A stretch of DNA of 32,000 bases from Saccharolobus solfataricus. Lineage in GTDB: Archaea > Thermoproteota > Thermoprotei_A > Sulfolobales > Sulfolobaceae. Location: contig NZ_LT549890.1 in assembly GCF_900079115.1 (NCBI RefSeq), positions 780,001-812,000 on the forward strand, read 5' to 3'. A model generated the notes under the pieces. The model saw nothing but the letters and a program-made list of their open reading frames with translations. It did not search any database and had not been told where the DNA came from. The translations under genes were made by a program, and so were the position numbers. Every line of letters starts with the position of its first letter. Position 1 is the first letter of the stretch. Shown in pieces: positions 1 through 11,444 of the stretch.

Positions 1-1
1 A

Positions 2-424
2 GGTAAAGTATGCGTTCCAGGGACTGTAAAAGTACCAGAATTAATGTATGTCGAGAAGTATAGCCATGTCCAACACATAGTATCAAAAGTGATTGGGACC
101 TTAAAGAAGAAGTATAACGCGTTAAACGTTTTATCGGCTACATTCCCAGCAGGTACAGTAAGCGGAGCACCTAAACCAATGGCAATGAATATAATTGAAA
201 CGTTAGAGGAGTATAAAAGGGGTCCTTATGCAGGTGCTGTAGGTTTTATCTCAGCTGATGGTAACGCAGAGTTCGCAATAGCGATAAGAACTGCATTTCT
301 AAACAAAGAGTTATTACGAATACATGCCGGTGCTGGTATAGTATATGACTCTAATCCAGAATCTGAATATTTCGAAACTGAACATAAACTAAAAGCACTA
401 AAAACAGCAATAGGGGTGAGGTAA
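2..424 (+). CDS. trpE: anthranilate synthase component I, C-terminal fragment (5' end lies outside window)
   Basis: Reading frame is open from the window edge (phase starts at nt 2). It carries chorismate-binding-domain motifs [25 protein letters not shown] and GAGIVYDS. Its TAA stop directly abuts the trpG ATG (TAAATG). Confidence 0.9.
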   Translation, partial: GKVCVPGTVKVPELMYVEKYSHVQHIVSKVIGTLKKKYNALNVLSATFPAGTVSGAPKPMAMNIIETLEEYKRGPYAGAVGFISADGNAEFAIAIRTAFLNKELLRIHAGAGIVYDSNPESEYFETEHKLKALKTAIGVR

Positions 425-1012
425 ATGGATCTGACCTTGATAATAGACAACTACGATAGTTTTGTTTACAATATAGCCCAAATAGTAGGAGAACTAGGGA
501 GTTATCCAATAGTTATCAGAAATGACGAAATAAGCATAAAGGGAATAGAGAGAATAGACCCAGATAGGATTATAATCTCACCAGGACCAGGGACACCAGA
601 AAAACGAGAAGACATAGGAGTATCATTGGATGTGATTAAATACCTAGGCAAAAGGACTCCAATATTAGGAGTTTGTCTAGGTCACCAAGCTATAGGTTAT
701 GCATTTGGAGCTAAGATAAGAAGAGCTAGGAAAGTATTTCATGGAAAAATAAGTAACATAATTCTAGTAAACAACTCTCCGCTTTCACTATATTACGGCA
801 TTGCTAAGGAGTTTAAAGCTACCAGATATCATAGTCTTGTTGTAGATGAGGTTCATAGACCTCTAATTGTCGACGCAATATCCGCTGAAGATAATGAAAT
901 AATGGCTATACATCATGAAGAATATCCAATATATGGTGTCCAATTTCATCCAGAGAGTGTTGGAACCTCATTGGGCTATAAGATACTTTATAATTTCTTG
1001 AATAGAGTATAA
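425..1012 (+). CDS. trpG: anthranilate synthase component II (class I glutamine amidotransferase)
   Basis: 195 aa. Catalytic Cys context [10 protein letters not shown] and His/Glu context YGVQFHPES. Sits between trpE and trpC. Confidence 0.93.
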   Translation: MDLTLIIDNYDSFVYNIAQIVGELGSYPIVIRNDEISIKGIERIDPDRIIISPGPGTPEKREDIGVSLDVIKYLGKRTPILGVCLGHQAIGYAFGAKIRRARKVFHGKISNIILVNNSPLSLYYGIAKEFKATRYHSLVVDEVHRPLIVDAISAEDNEIMAIHHEEYPIYGVQFHPESVGTSLGYKILYNFLNRV

Positions 1013-1762
<750 letters not shown>

Positions 1763-1780
1763 CGTTCTTCATATACACTT

Positions 1781-2989
1781 GTGGTCTCGCTACTAGACTT
1801 TAACGGAAATATGTCACAAGTTACTGGAGAGACTACCTTATTGTATAAGGAAATTGCTAGAAACGTAGAAAAGACTAAGAAGATTAAAATTATCGACTTT
1901 GGGATAGGACAACCAGATTTACCTACATTTAAACGTATAAGAGATGCCGCAAAGGAGGCGCTAGATCAAGGTTTTACTTTCTACACTTCGGCATTCGGTA
2001 TTGATGAATTAAGGGAAAAAATAGCTCAATACCTAAATACTAGATACGGTACTGACGTAAAGAAGGAGGAAGTGATAGTAACACCTGGTGCTAAGCCTGC
2101 GCTTTTCTTAGTCTTTATATTATATATTAATCCAAGTGACGAGGTAATACTCCCAGATCCCTCCTTCTATTCTTACGCTGAGGTTGTTAAGTTACTAGGA
2201 GGAAAGCCAATATATGCCAATTTAAAGTGGAGCAGAGAAGAAGGGTTCTCAATAGATGTAGACGACCTACAATCTAAAATATCGAAAAGAACCAAAATGA
2301 TAGTATTCAATAATCCTCATAATCCGACTGGTACTCTATTCTCTCCTAATGATGTTAAGAAAATTGTGGATATAAGTAGGGATAATAAAATTATCTTACT
2401 ATCTGACGAGATTTATGATAATTTTGTATATGAAGGTAAGATGAGAAGTACTCTTGAAGACTCAGATTGGAGAGATTTCTTAATTTACGTTAATGGATTT
2501 AGTAAAACTTTCTCGATGACTGGATGGAGATTAGGTTATATTGTAGCGAAGCGTGAAATTATCCAGAAAATGGGAATTTTGGCTGCTAACGTATACACTG
2601 CTCCTACAAGTTTTGTACAAAAAGCCGCAGTAAAGGCCTTTGATACTTTCGACGAAGTTAACCAAATGGTCAGCCTATTTAAGAAGAGGAGAGACGTAAT
2701 GTATGATGAACTTACTAAGGTCAAAGGAGTTGAAGTATCTAAACCAAATGGAGCATTCTATATGTTCCCAAATGTTAGTAAGATACTTAAAACAAGTGGA
2801 TTTGACGTCAAGTCACTTGCCATAAAGCTAATTGAAGAAAAAGGCGTAGTTACAATACCTGGTGAAGTTTTCCCATTAAATATAGGTAAGGAGTTTTTAA
2901 GATTAAGTTTTGCTGTGAACGAAGAAGTTATTAAAGAGGGCATACAAAAAATTAGAGAGTTCGCGGAACAGATGATGAATTCCCGATAG
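1781..2989 (+). CDS. aspC: aspartate aminotransferase (fold-type I PLP enzyme)
   Basis: Motifs NNPHNPTG and [13 protein letters not shown] (PLP-lysine context). The GTG start gives 402 aa, the length I recall for S. solfataricus AspAT. An alternative in-frame ATG lies at 1811. Confidence 0.85.
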
Positions 2990-3002
2990 TACGATTGATG
3001 AG

Positions 3003-5423
3003 CTAAACTCCCATGGACTGATTAGCAGTTTTAATTTCCACTTTTTCTTCATTCGATTCTATTAGTTCAAGATTAGTTACCTTTAATGTCTTCATTACGT
3101 CATCTTTCACTTCATTAATTAATTCAATAACTTGCTTAGAAGCGTACAATTTTACACTAACTGGAGTATTCATTGATAATCTATTCTTTATCTTCTCTGA
3201 TCTTATGAGCGAGTTCGTTTTCTTTATTACTTCTCCAAGTTCATCTATTCTTTTATTCTCCTCAATATCATCTACTTTTGGTAATTCTTCTAGGAGAACA
3301 CTCTTCTTGTGGCCAAATAGCCTTGAGTAAATTTCCTCTGTTATATGAGGTGCGATAGGATGAAGCAATATGATTATATCTCTTATTATTCTCTGTATAG
3401 TATATTTTGCAGAGTTATCGTCATCAAATAACCTATGCTTTATCATTTCCAAATACTCGTCAGCTACGATCTCCCAGAAATAGTTATATAGCTCTTGAAG
3501 TACTAAATAAAAGTCGTAATTCTCATATGCATTTATTGCTTTAGTTACGAATTTCTTATGTTCTTGTAAGATCCATTTGTCTACTATATGTAGGCTTTTA
3601 GGTTTATCAAGTCTTTGTTTTGCTATGAAAGGGTAGACTAGTCTACTTGCATTCCATAATTTTTGCAATAACATCTTCTTTCCTTTCACTATATCCCATT
3701 TAAATGGAAAATCGTCACCAATACTTGCGTCTAGAAGAGCCATTCTAATCGCATCTGCTCCAAAATCATTAACTCTATCTAATGGTGATACTACATTTCC
3801 CTTACTTTTACTCATTCTAGTTCCATCTGGTCCAAGGACTTGACCATTAACAAGAACTGTAGTAAAAGGTACATTATTAGCTAACATTAAAGTCCTAAAG
3901 AAGGTATAGAATAACCAAGTTCTAATTATATCAGTACCTTGAAGTCTAAGTGATGCTGGGAAAGTCCTATTGAAAACGTTTTTATCTTCATAGAACTTGG
4001 TTAGGTAAAGGACTGTTACGCTAGAGTCTATCCACACGTCTGCAACATCGGTAACTGGTTTAAGTTCTGATCCGCATAATGGACATTTCTCTAATGGCGG
4101 GCTAGTTTTGATAGGATCTATTGGCAAGTCCTCTTCTTTAGCTGGTACTAAATGCCCATTTTCGCAGTACCAAAACGGTAATGGCGTACCATAAATCCTT
4201 TGCCTAGTTATATTCCAATCCCACTCTATACTCTTTATCCAATCCTCGAGATAATAGGACATTCTAGCCGGTTTAAATTTCATCTTTTTATATTCTTCTA
4301 ATAATTTTTGCTTCTTATCTAAAACTTTAATGTATATTTGCTTTTTAACTAAGAATTCTACTGGAGATAGACAATCACTTCTCTCAACGTGTGATAGTAC
4401 ATTGTGCTTTATCTTCTCTACTTTAACAAGGTATCCTTTAGTCTTTAGGAGTTCTATCATTTTATTTCTAGCTTGTTCAATTTTCAATCCATCAAGTATT
4501 CCATTTGTATTTATTATCCTTCCTTTTTCGTCAACTATAACCTTAATCGGTAAGTTGTATTTCAATTGCCACTTTATATCTTGGGGATCGCCATAAGTAC
4601 TTATCATTACTGCTCCGGTTCCGAATTCCTTTTCCACATCCGCGTCAGATATTATTTTGACCTCGATATTAAATATTGGTACCAATGCTATTTTTCCTAC
4701 TAAATTCTTATATCTTTCATCCATTGGATTTACGGCGATAGCTTGTGTAGCAGCTAGTAATTCAGGTCTGGTAGTCGCTATTACTATTTCTCCTCCTTCT
4801 TTTAATGGAAATTTTATATAGGCAAGAATTCCCTCCTTCTCTAAGTAACCTACTTCACTTTGTGCTAATGCAGTCTCACACTTAGGGCACCAAATTACTG
4901 GGCCTTCTCTCATCTCAATTAAATTCATTTTATACATGTCAATAAGACTTTTCTGGATAATTTTTCTATATTTTGGCTCATATGTCTTATATTCAAATCT
5001 TTCCCATTCTGGCCTATAACCTAGTCTAATCATTGCCTCCTTCATTTTCTTAATCATTTCTTCTGTCCATTCTATACATTTCTGGAGAAATAGTTGCCTA
5101 TTATCTTTCGGGATTCCTAACTTATATTGCACTTTTAGTTCAGTAGGTAAACCTTGTGTGTCCCATCCTTGAGGTAATAGTACATTATATCCTTCTAATC
5201 TCTTAAACCTACCTATAGTATCAGCTATTGTAACCCAATACGCGTGCCCCATATGAAGTTCTCCGCTAGTAAAAGGGGGAGGAGTATCAATAACAAATCT
5301 TGGTGCTTTATCGTCCTCATCTCTGAATCTAAATACGTCTCTCCAATATTCCTCACTTAGCCATATCTTTTGCCATTTTTCCTCAATTTCCTTAGGGTTA
5401 TAGTGTTTTGGCCACTCTTCCAT
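3003..5423 (-). CDS. valS: valyl-tRNA synthetase (class Ia aaRS)
   Basis: HIGH-type signature [14 protein letters not shown] and an exact KMSKS. Size and editing-domain layout fit archaeal ValRS better than LeuRS or IleRS; this is judged by eye, not by alignment. The start is placed at [17 protein letters not shown] (ATG 5423). The ORF track extends to 5531, but that extension reads through the divergent A/T-rich promoter and overlaps the next gene's start. Confidence 0.8.
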   Translation of the reverse strand: MEEWPKHYNPKEIEEKWQKIWLSEEYWRDVFRFRDEDDKAPRFVIDTPPPFTSGELHMGHAYWVTIADTIGRFKRLEGYNVLLPQGWDTQGLPTELKVQYKLGIPKDNRQLFLQKCIEWTEEMIKKMKEAMIRLGYRPEWERFEYKTYEPKYRKIIQKSLIDMYKMNLIEMREGPVIWCPKCETALAQSEVGYLEKEGILAYIKFPLKEGGEIVIATTRPELLAATQAIAVNPMDERYKNLVGKIALVPIFNIEVKIISDADVEKEFGTGAVMISTYGDPQDIKWQLKYNLPIKVIVDEKGRIINTNGILDGLKIEQARNKMIELLKTKGYLVKVEKIKHNVLSHVERSDCLSPVEFLVKKQIYIKVLDKKQKLLEEYKKMKFKPARMSYYLEDWIKSIEWDWNITRQRIYGTPLPFWYCENGHLVPAKEEDLPIDPIKTSPPLEKCPLCGSELKPVTDVADVWIDSSVTVLYLTKFYEDKNVFNRTFPASLRLQGTDIIRTWLFYTFFRTLMLANNVPFTTVLVNGQVLGPDGTRMSKSKGNVVSPLDRVNDFGADAIRMALLDASIGDDFPFKWDIVKGKKMLLQKLWNASRLVYPFIAKQRLDKPKSLHIVDKWILQEHKKFVTKAINAYENYDFYLVLQELYNYFWEIVADEYLEMIKHRLFDDDNSAKYTIQRIIRDIIILLHPIAPHITEEIYSRLFGHKKSVLLEELPKVDDIEENKRIDELGEVIKKTNSLIRSEKIKNRLSMNTPVSVKLYASKQVIELINEVKDDVMKTLKVTNLELIESNEEKVEIKTANQSMGV

Positions 5424-5518
5424 CTTCTTTAAAATTTCATCTTGGTTTAACAATAATTGACCACCTATACAGACGTTTTTATATAAATATAAATTCGAAT
5501 AGCTTATAAAATTTCGTA

Positions 5519-6514
5519 ATGAGAATAGCAATTCTGGGAGGGGGAGTCGCAGGTTCTACGTTAGCGTACTTACTCTCAAGGATTAACTATGAAGTCACAA
5601 TCTTTGATATTAATCAACATTACGTTAAACCGTGTGGAGATATAGTCCCAAACATCTATACTCCTCCCTTTAATTGGAAGGAAACTTTTGGTATAAGGAG
5701 ATTCTCCTTTTATATAGATGGCGAAAAAATTTATGACGTTGAATATAGACATACTAAGTGGCTAGTTATTGATAAATGGAAGTGGATAAACGATATGCGA
5801 AAAAGTTCAAAAGTAATAGTAACCCATGATAATAACGCTAAAGAATTTGATTACGTAATAGATAGTAGAGGGCCTTATCCAATGGATAGAGAGGTAGTTT
5901 ATACTACTAGAGCTATAATAGAAACTGAGGAGTTTGACGATGAGGCTATATTGGAATTTAATACCCGTTATACCGGTTTTTATTGGATATTTCCTAGCAA
6001 AGAAAACGAATATAATATCGGAGCTGGTTTTTTGGAATACAAGAATTCGAAAGAATTGCTTAATTATTATTTAAGGAAGAGGTTTAAGAATTTCGAAGTT
6101 AAGGATATCAGAGGAGCCCCTATTAGTATTGGGAGTGTTAAAAATAAGAAGTTAAGGATAGGGGAGGCAAGAGGACTTGTCTTCCCACTGAGCGGTGAGG
6201 GAATAAGGCCATCAGCTATCTCAGCTGAGTATGCCTTTGAGGCTATACATAAAGAAAAAGATCTGGATGGGTTTCTTAACGAGAAGCTCAGTATTATAGA
6301 GAAAAGAATTAAAATTCAAAAAATGCTACTAGATTTATACAGATATTCTAGTTTAAATTTAAGAAAGACTTTTATGAGAATATTCTTTAAGAATGAAGTT
6401 CTCATAGATACATACTTAGAGGATAAGATGGATTTGAATGGAATAATTGAGTCCTTAAAGAGTGTGAGAGCGAATGGAGGTATTATTAGAAAATTCGAAG
6501 AGCAAGAAAGGTAA
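5519..6514 (+). CDS. FAD-dependent oxidoreductase, geranylgeranyl reductase family
   Basis: N-terminal Rossmann dinucleotide motif [19 protein letters not shown]. Mid-protein WIFP...YNIGAG and C-terminal [15 protein letters not shown] are typical of the GGR/FixC-like family. 331 aa, shorter than canonical GGRs. Confidence 0.65.
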   Translation: MRIAILGGGVAGSTLAYLLSRINYEVTIFDINQHYVKPCGDIVPNIYTPPFNWKETFGIRRFSFYIDGEKIYDVEYRHTKWLVIDKWKWINDMRKSSKVIVTHDNNAKEFDYVIDSRGPYPMDREVVYTTRAIIETEEFDDEAILEFNTRYTGFYWIFPSKENEYNIGAGFLEYKNSKELLNYYLRKRFKNFEVKDIRGAPISIGSVKNKKLRIGEARGLVFPLSGEGIRPSAISAEYAFEAIHKEKDLDGFLNEKLSIIEKRIKIQKMLLDLYRYSSLNLRKTFMRIFFKNEVLIDTYLEDKMDLNGIIESLKSVRANGGIIRKFEEQER

Positions 6515-6863
6515 GCACGTAGTAAGAACCTTTTTATTCAAGGTAGACTCAAATGGATCAATACAACAGATAGAATTGCCAGGGAAACCAGTAAGACCCA
6601 CATATAAGGTAGGTGAGGCAAAGATTGTAAACATCCCAAATAAAGGTGTCTACGTTTATCTTTTTCTTTTAAGGAATATATATGGACGTGTAATGGGTAG
6701 GATAATTGTAATTAATGATGGGAAAACGGTACTAGTAATGAAGTATAGAAAGTTAAAGTTAAAGCTAATAGATGGTGATGATAAACACGTAGTAATTGTA
6801 AAAAGAATTTTCGAACAACTTAAAATTCCGGTTAAGAAAATAAATATTAACAAGAAGAAGTGA
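6474..6863 (+). CDS. hypothetical protein (lysine-rich, 129 aa)
   Basis: Only long ORF on this strand here. Its start overlaps the preceding gene by 41 nt and its stop overlaps the next start (GTGA). No recognisable motif. Confidence 0.5.
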   Translation: MEVLLENSKSKKGKHVVRTFLFKVDSNGSIQQIELPGKPVRPTYKVGEAKIVNIPNKGVYVYLFLLRNIYGRVMGRIIVINDGKTVLVMKYRKLKLKLIDGDDKHVVIVKRIFEQLKIPVKKININKKK

Positions 6864-7183
6864 GAAAAATGTTTGAAGTAGGATTTAAGGTTTTAGCTGA
6901 AGATCCTTTTAGAATAAAATACTTGTCACAATCTATTAATGACGTATTTAAGGATTTGTGTGAGCCGGTAAAAATAGGAGCGTCATACATTTGCGCTCCC
7001 AATCAAGATACTCTACTCTTGATCTACTTCAGTTCTCAGCTTTCAAAAGATATGAATGCGTCACTTAAGATAATGTCGAACAATGCAACATATGTTGTTG
7101 AGATTATGAGAGAAGTTAATAGTAGATTAAGGTCACAAGGTTTTTATATAACCATCTCGGAAACCTCTAGTACTTCATTATAA
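6860..7183 (+). CDS. hypothetical protein (107 aa)
   Basis: GTG start overlaps the upstream stop (GTGA), suggesting translational coupling. An alternative ATG lies at 6869. No recognisable motif. Confidence 0.5.
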   Translation: MRKMFEVGFKVLAEDPFRIKYLSQSINDVFKDLCEPVKIGASYICAPNQDTLLLIYFSSQLSKDMNASLKIMSNNATYVVEIMREVNSRLRSQGFYITISETSSTSL

Positions 7184-7458
7184 AGGTTTAGAAGCAAATC
7201 CTCATATATATTCTTAGTAGTAATTTCAACTATCGCATTACAAATATAGGATGAAATTTTAGTGTTACATATTATTAATTTTCTCAATATTCCATTCTTT
7301 ATCTCCTTATTTACATCCATATATATTACTCTTTCTTCATCTTTTGCACGTTTATTTACCTTTATCTCCTTATTTACATCCATATATATAATTACTCTTT
7401 CATTCTCATAAATTACAGAAAAATTTAGACCATTTATGTTGTAATTTGTTACTATCAT
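7144..7458 (-). CDS. hypothetical protein with internal duplicated peptide (E)RVI(I)YMDVNKEIK
   Basis: 104 aa. Start overlaps the stop of the upstream Zn-ribbon gene (ATGA). Its 3' end overlaps the convergent 6860..7183 ORF by 40 nt. Contains an in-frame direct DNA repeat. Confidence 0.5.
   Translation of the reverse strand: MIVTNYNINGLNFSVIYENERVIIYMDVNKEIKVNKRAKDEERVIYMDVNKEIKNGILRKLIICNTKISSYICNAIVEITTKNIYEDLLLNLYNEVLEVSEMVI
7298..7401. repeat. direct repeat of ~38-41 bp (TTTATCTCCTTATTTACATCCATATATAT(AA)TACTCTTTC), copies 63 bp apart
   Basis: Copy 1 is at 7298-7335 and copy 2 at 7361-7401. They are identical apart from a 3-nt insertion in copy 2. The repeat is in frame within ORF 7144..7458. 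Confidence 0.8.
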
Positions 7459-7673
7459 AAAATTGGTACCAACTCAGTTCCACAGTATGGGCATTTCCCC
7501 TTTAATCCTCTCTTATCTGCTTCGCAGAAATAAGCTGAATACTTCTTTTCACATTTTGGACATTTGTAGAGGATGTCTGTGCCTATTATTAGTTTCCTAT
7601 TGCATATTCTGCAATATACTGTTAGCCATCCTAAATGTCCATACGCGTTTGAGCCTCTATTTTTAATACTCAT
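7455..7673 (-). CDS. small zinc-ribbon protein (three CxxC pairs plus one extra Cys)
   Basis: 72 aa with CRIC...CPKC...C...CPYC. The spacing fits a Zn-ribbon or treble-clef fold. First gene of a two-gene minus-strand pair. Confidence 0.6.
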   Translation of the reverse strand: MSIKNRGSNAYGHLGWLTVYCRICNRKLIIGTDILYKCPKCEKKYSAYFCEADKRGLKGKCPYCGTELVPIL

Positions 7674-7782
7674 CTTACATCCATTACCACTTCATACAAA
7701 TTAACTTAAATTTTTATTCTCGACGTTATACCTTTGTCTACTTTAAAAGACTTTATAGTCTAAGAAGAGGTGTATTTATTAG

Positions 7783-8304
7783 ATGAACTTAGCATCGTAT
7801 TATAAGCTAGAACCTTTAAAAATAAACGATATAGTTGTACTTTATACTTTACGGAAGACCAAGGAAGCTGAGATTATAGACGGTATTCGTGATTTAGAAT
7901 CAATAATTCCCGATGAGTCTAACGACGTTGTAATAATTGAGGGTGATAATGAGAAATATATCAATGGTAAATTCAAGTTAGACTTTCAATTCTCTCGCCC
8001 CTTAAATGTAATTTCTATAGGCGTTCCTCAAGTTGTAAATGGAGATCAGATTCAGATTACTTCAATAGACGTAAATATGGGCAATATCATTGGTGGAGTT
8101 CTGGTTAAAAGAGATTTAGCGTTCCTGATGTTCTATACCTATGATGGTACTAAGATAATATCGATGTCAGATATTAATCCACCTATTCCTGAAAAGAAGG
8201 AAAGTGTAAAGAGGGTTAAAAAGAAGAGAAAGAGGAGTAAAAAGCGTGCTAAGAAGTCTAGTTCAAAATCCAAAAGTAAGAGCAAGAGTTCTGGAAAGAG
8301 TTGA
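7783..8304 (+). CDS. hypothetical protein with highly basic Lys/Arg/Ser C-terminal tail
   Basis: 173 aa. GAGGTG lies ~10 nt upstream of the ATG and TTTAAAAG ~35 nt upstream. The tail is [31 protein letters not shown]. The last 59 nt overlap the ogg start in another frame. Confidence 0.6.
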   Translation: MNLASYYKLEPLKINDIVVLYTLRKTKEAEIIDGIRDLESIIPDESNDVVIIEGDNEKYINGKFKLDFQFSRPLNVISIGVPQVVNGDQIQITSIDVNMGNIIGGVLVKRDLAFLMFYTYDGTKIISMSDINPPIPEKKESVKRVKKKRKRSKKRAKKSSSKSKSKSKSSGKS

Positions 8305-8869
8305 TGAATTTAGGTTAAATAATCTATCAAATGAGGAAGTATGGTTTAGAGAACTCACGCTATGCTTGTTAACTGCCAACTCGTCTTTCATTTCGGCCTA
8401 TCAAGCCCTAAACTGTTTGGGGCAAAAAATCTATTATGCCAATGAGGAGGAAATCAGAAACATTCTTAAATCGTGTAAGTATAGATTTTATAATTTAAAA
8501 GCAAAATATATTATTATGGCTAGAGAGAAGGTTTATGGAAGGTTAAAAGAGGAGATAAAGCCTTTAGCGGATGAAGACCAACAATTGGCTAGGGAAAGGC
8601 TGCTAAATATAAAAGGAATAGGAATGAAAGAAGCCAGTCATTTTCTTAGAAATGTTGGATATTTCGATCTTGCAATTATTGATAGACATATAATAGATTT
8701 TATGAGGAGAATAGGCGCAATAGGAGAAACTAACGTTAAACAATTATCAAAAAGCCTCTATATATCTTTTGAGAATATTTTGAAAAGTATCGCTTCTAAT
8801 TTAAATATGAGCGTCGGTATATTGGATTTGTTTATATGGTACAAGGAGACCAATACTATAGTTAAGTAG
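8246..8869 (+). CDS. ogg: 8-oxoguanine DNA glycosylase/AP lyase, archaeal Ogg (Ogg2) type, HhH-GPD superfamily
   Basis: Helix-hairpin-helix plus catalytic Lys/Asp context [31 protein letters not shown]. The GTG start gives 207 aa, the length I recall for the structurally characterised S. solfataricus Ogg. Confidence 0.85.
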   Translation: MLRSLVQNPKVRARVLERVDEFRLNNLSNEEVWFRELTLCLLTANSSFISAYQALNCLGQKIYYANEEEIRNILKSCKYRFYNLKAKYIIMAREKVYGRLKEEIKPLADEDQQLARERLLNIKGIGMKEASHFLRNVGYFDLAIIDRHIIDFMRRIGAIGETNVKQLSKSLYISFENILKSIASNLNMSVGILDLFIWYKETNTIVK

Positions 8870-9062
8870 CAATAAAAAATATAAACCAGTAATTAGACTT
8901 TGATATGACTCATCATGCAAAATACTGGTACACTGAAAGGGGAGTCTGAATTTACTCAATTTTTAAGTAAATTTTATCTTATTATTATTTTATTCTTTTC
9001 ATCTTTCTCAAGCTCATTCTCATCATCATGTTAAACTAGAATCACATTCTTGAAAGTTCTGG

Positions 9063-10043
9063 GTGATAAGTATGGAGACTATACAAGGTGTAAACTCTAT
9101 AGGCAAATTAGATTTCAAAGTATTAATAACTGATCCAGTAGATCAATATATGATAAGAACTTTACAAAATAATGGACTAATTGTCGATTATAAGCCCGAA
9201 ATCACAAGAGAGGAATTACTAAAGATAATAGACCAGTACCAAGTTTTAATAGTAAGAAGCAGAACTAAGGTAGACAAGGAGATAATCCGTTATGGTGTTA
9301 ATCTTAAGATTATAGCCAGAGCTGGGATAGGACTAGACAATATAGATACAGAGGAGGCGTCTAAGAGAAATATAAAAATTGTGTATGCGCCCGGGGCTTC
9401 TACAGATTCTGCAGCAGAACTTACTATAGGATTACTTATCGCCGCAGCTAGAAAACTATATGATTCCATGAATATGGCAAAGGGTGGCATATTCAAGAAG
9501 ATAGAGGGAATTGAATTAGCAGGGAAGACAATAGGTATTGTTGGATTCGGTAGAATAGGTACCAAAGTAGCTAAGGTATGTAAGGCATTAGATATGAACG
9601 TAATTGCATATGACGTTATTAATATAAAGGAAAAGGCGAATATAGTTGGAGTCAGAGTAGCTGAAAGTTTAGAAGAATTACTAAAGAACTCAGATGTGAT
9701 AACCTTTCATGTTACAGTAGGTAAAGATGCTAAGCCAATCCTTAACAAAGATACATTTAATTACATTAAAGATAATGCAATCATAATCAACACCAGTAGA
9801 GCTGTAGTGATAGATGGGAAAGCATTACTAGAATATATTGATAAAAAACACTTAACTTACGCTACAGATGTTTTGTGGAATGAACCACCTAAAGAAGATT
9901 GGGAGATTAAATTATTAAGACACGAGAGAGTGATAGTAACTACTCACATTGGTGCCCAAACTAAAGAAGCACAGCATAGAGTTGCGGTAGTTACAACAGA
10001 TAATCTCATTACTGCTTTAAAGGAAATCGGTGTTCTCAAATGA
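9063..10043 (+). CDS. serA: D-3-phosphoglycerate dehydrogenase / D-isomer-specific 2-hydroxyacid dehydrogenase
   Basis: NAD-binding motif [13 protein letters not shown]. Catalytic-domain layout with a conserved C-terminal His context (TTHIGAQT). GTG start at 9063, or ATG at 9072. Confidence 0.8.
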   Translation: MISMETIQGVNSIGKLDFKVLITDPVDQYMIRTLQNNGLIVDYKPEITREELLKIIDQYQVLIVRSRTKVDKEIIRYGVNLKIIARAGIGLDNIDTEEASKRNIKIVYAPGASTDSAAELTIGLLIAAARKLYDSMNMAKGGIFKKIEGIELAGKTIGIVGFGRIGTKVAKVCKALDMNVIAYDVINIKEKANIVGVRVAESLEELLKNSDVITFHVTVGKDAKPILNKDTFNYIKDNAIIINTSRAVVIDGKALLEYIDKKHLTYATDVLWNEPPKEDWEIKLLRHERVIVTTHIGAQTKEAQHRVAVVTTDNLITALKEIGVLK

Positions 10044-11161
10044 TGTTAATTCCCGGTCCAGTTAATGTGCCGTATAGTGTTTTACAAGCCTCTCTTAATT
10101 TAGTGAATCATAGATCGGAGAAATTTAGAGAAACAGTAAAAACATTGGAGTTTTTAATGAATAAACACTTTGGATCTACTCGTGTAGCGCTACTAAGCGG
10201 CTCCGGCACTTTAGCAGTAGAGTCTATGGTCTATTCGTTAGTGAAAAGAGAGGAGAAAGTAATAACATTTCCTTATGGTGAATTTGGACATAGATTAGAA
10301 GAATCGCTAATTAGACGTGGAGCAAAAGTAATTAGTTATCAGAAAAAATTGGGAGAATCCTTCACTGTTGAGGAAATAAAAAAGGCTATTGAGGAAAATA
10401 AAGATGCTACCACAGTAGCGTTAGTTCACAATGAAACTAGTACTGGTATAGCATTTAGAGACCTTAAAAAGATAGCTGATGTTGTAAAAGGCGTAGGGTT
10501 AAAGCTTCTTGTCGATTCAGTATCAGGGTTTGCAGCTTATCCGCTTTATGTTAATCAATGGAAAATTGATTGTGTAGTAACTGGCAGCCAGAAGGCTTTA
10601 GCAAGTATACCCGGGGTCGGATTTGCTGCGTTGTCTGAGGAGGGTGTGAATGAACTGGTAGAGTCAGATTTACCTAGTTATCTCGATTTATCATTTCACT
10701 TGAAGTTTCAGGATAAGGGAGAAACGCCATTTACTCCTACTGTGGGTGCGTTTTTTGCTTCTCGAAGGGCTGCTGAATTGCTGGATAAGGAAGGAATAGA
10801 AAATAGATGGAAGAGACATGAAGCTTGTGCAAGGTATTTAAGGGAAGTGATGTTGGAGATGGGATTTAAACTGTTAGGAAATGATACTAACTTTTCTAAT
10901 ACGGTAGTTGCGGCGTTTCCTCCTATCCCTCTAGATACATTTATGTCAGAGTTAAAAAAGAGAAACATAGAGATTTCTAAGGGTATGGGGGAGTTAAGGG
11001 ATAAAATAGTAAGAATAGGAATTTTAGGTGTAGTTGACGATAGGGCAATTAGAAGATTAGTTGGTAGTATGGGTGAAATACTTAAAAAGAATGTTGAATT
11101 TGAGGTTCCAAGAGAATGTAAGTTGCCGGAAGAGTTAAAAGTTGAAGTTTTATGGGATTAG
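10040..11161 (+). CDS. class V PLP aminotransferase (serine-pyruvate / phosphoserine aminotransferase-like)
   Basis: 373 aa with PLP-lysine context [14 protein letters not shown] and SGSGTLAVE. The ATGA overlap with the serA-like stop suggests a coupled serine-metabolism pair. Confidence 0.8.
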   Translation: MMLIPGPVNVPYSVLQASLNLVNHRSEKFRETVKTLEFLMNKHFGSTRVALLSGSGTLAVESMVYSLVKREEKVITFPYGEFGHRLEESLIRRGAKVISYQKKLGESFTVEEIKKAIEENKDATTVALVHNETSTGIAFRDLKKIADVVKGVGLKLLVDSVSGFAAYPLYVNQWKIDCVVTGSQKALASIPGVGFAALSEEGVNELVESDLPSYLDLSFHLKFQDKGETPFTPTVGAFFASRRAAELLDKEGIENRWKRHEACARYLREVMLEMGFKLLGNDTNFSNTVVAAFPPIPLDTFMSELKKRNIEISKGMGELRDKIVRIGILGVVDDRAIRRLVGSMGEILKKNVEFEVPRECKLPEELKVEVLWD

Positions 11162-11439
11162 AGAGGGATGAAATTTTGTCCCAAGATTTACATTTTAATG
11201 AAGTTTTTATTTCCTTATGGCAGAATAGACTAACTAGATACGAGATTGCCAGAGTAATAAGTGCTAGAGCATTACAATTAGCCATGGGTGCACCAGCATT
11301 AATTGATATAAATAACTTAAGTTCGACTGATGTTATAAGTATAGCTGAGGAGGAGTTTAGGAGAGGAGTTCTTCCAATAACTATTAGAAGAAGATTACCA
11401 AATGGAAAAATAATTTTATTATCTCTTAGAAAGAGTTAA
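11152..11439 (+). CDS. rpoK: DNA-directed RNA polymerase subunit K (Rpo6/RPB6 homologue)
   Basis: 95 aa with the RPB6-family core [23 protein letters not shown]. Confidence 0.85.
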
Positions 11440-11444
11440 ATAAG

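Noticed and set aside
2143-2153. Third copy of GGTAATACTCC (an 11-mer subset of the cdvA/nrdJ 15-mer) inside aspC.
   Set aside because: It lies mid-gene and encodes E-V-I-L-P of a conserved aminotransferase segment. By my rough estimate, a chance 11-mer match in 32 kb has a probability of about 1e-2, which is not negligible. There is no promoter context. Bare GTA(A/G)TAC cores elsewhere, at about 22691-22697 and 25088-25094, are likewise expected by chance.
5424-5531. 36-codon N-terminal extension of the ValRS ORF (track start at 5531).
   Set aside because: The extension ([20 protein letters not shown]...) is the translation of the A/T-rich divergent promoter TTTTTATATAAATATAAATT (5476-5495). 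It would overlap the start of the divergent gene at 5519 and has no aaRS-like sequence. The conserved N-terminus begins at [17 protein letters not shown] (ATG 5423). A TTG at 5453 is a minor alternative.
8870-9062. Possible C/D-box sRNA or leader peptide in the 193-bp ogg-serA spacer. There are ATGATGA box-C-like motifs on the minus strand at about 8909-8915 and 9030-9036, CTGA motifs on the plus strand, and 14-codon mini-ORFs (MTHHAKYWYTERGV on plus, MMMRMSLRKMKRIK on minus).
   Set aside because: No box C is followed on the same strand, at the right distance (~50-60 nt), by a CUGA box D with a terminal stem. The only pairings (AGACT/AGTCT and GACTC/GAGTC) are 5 bp with a loop of 30 nt or more. 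The mini-ORFs lack SD or TATA context and have no amino-acid bias related to serine metabolism. The T-rich tract at 8960-9000 is more simply a terminator and promoter spacer.
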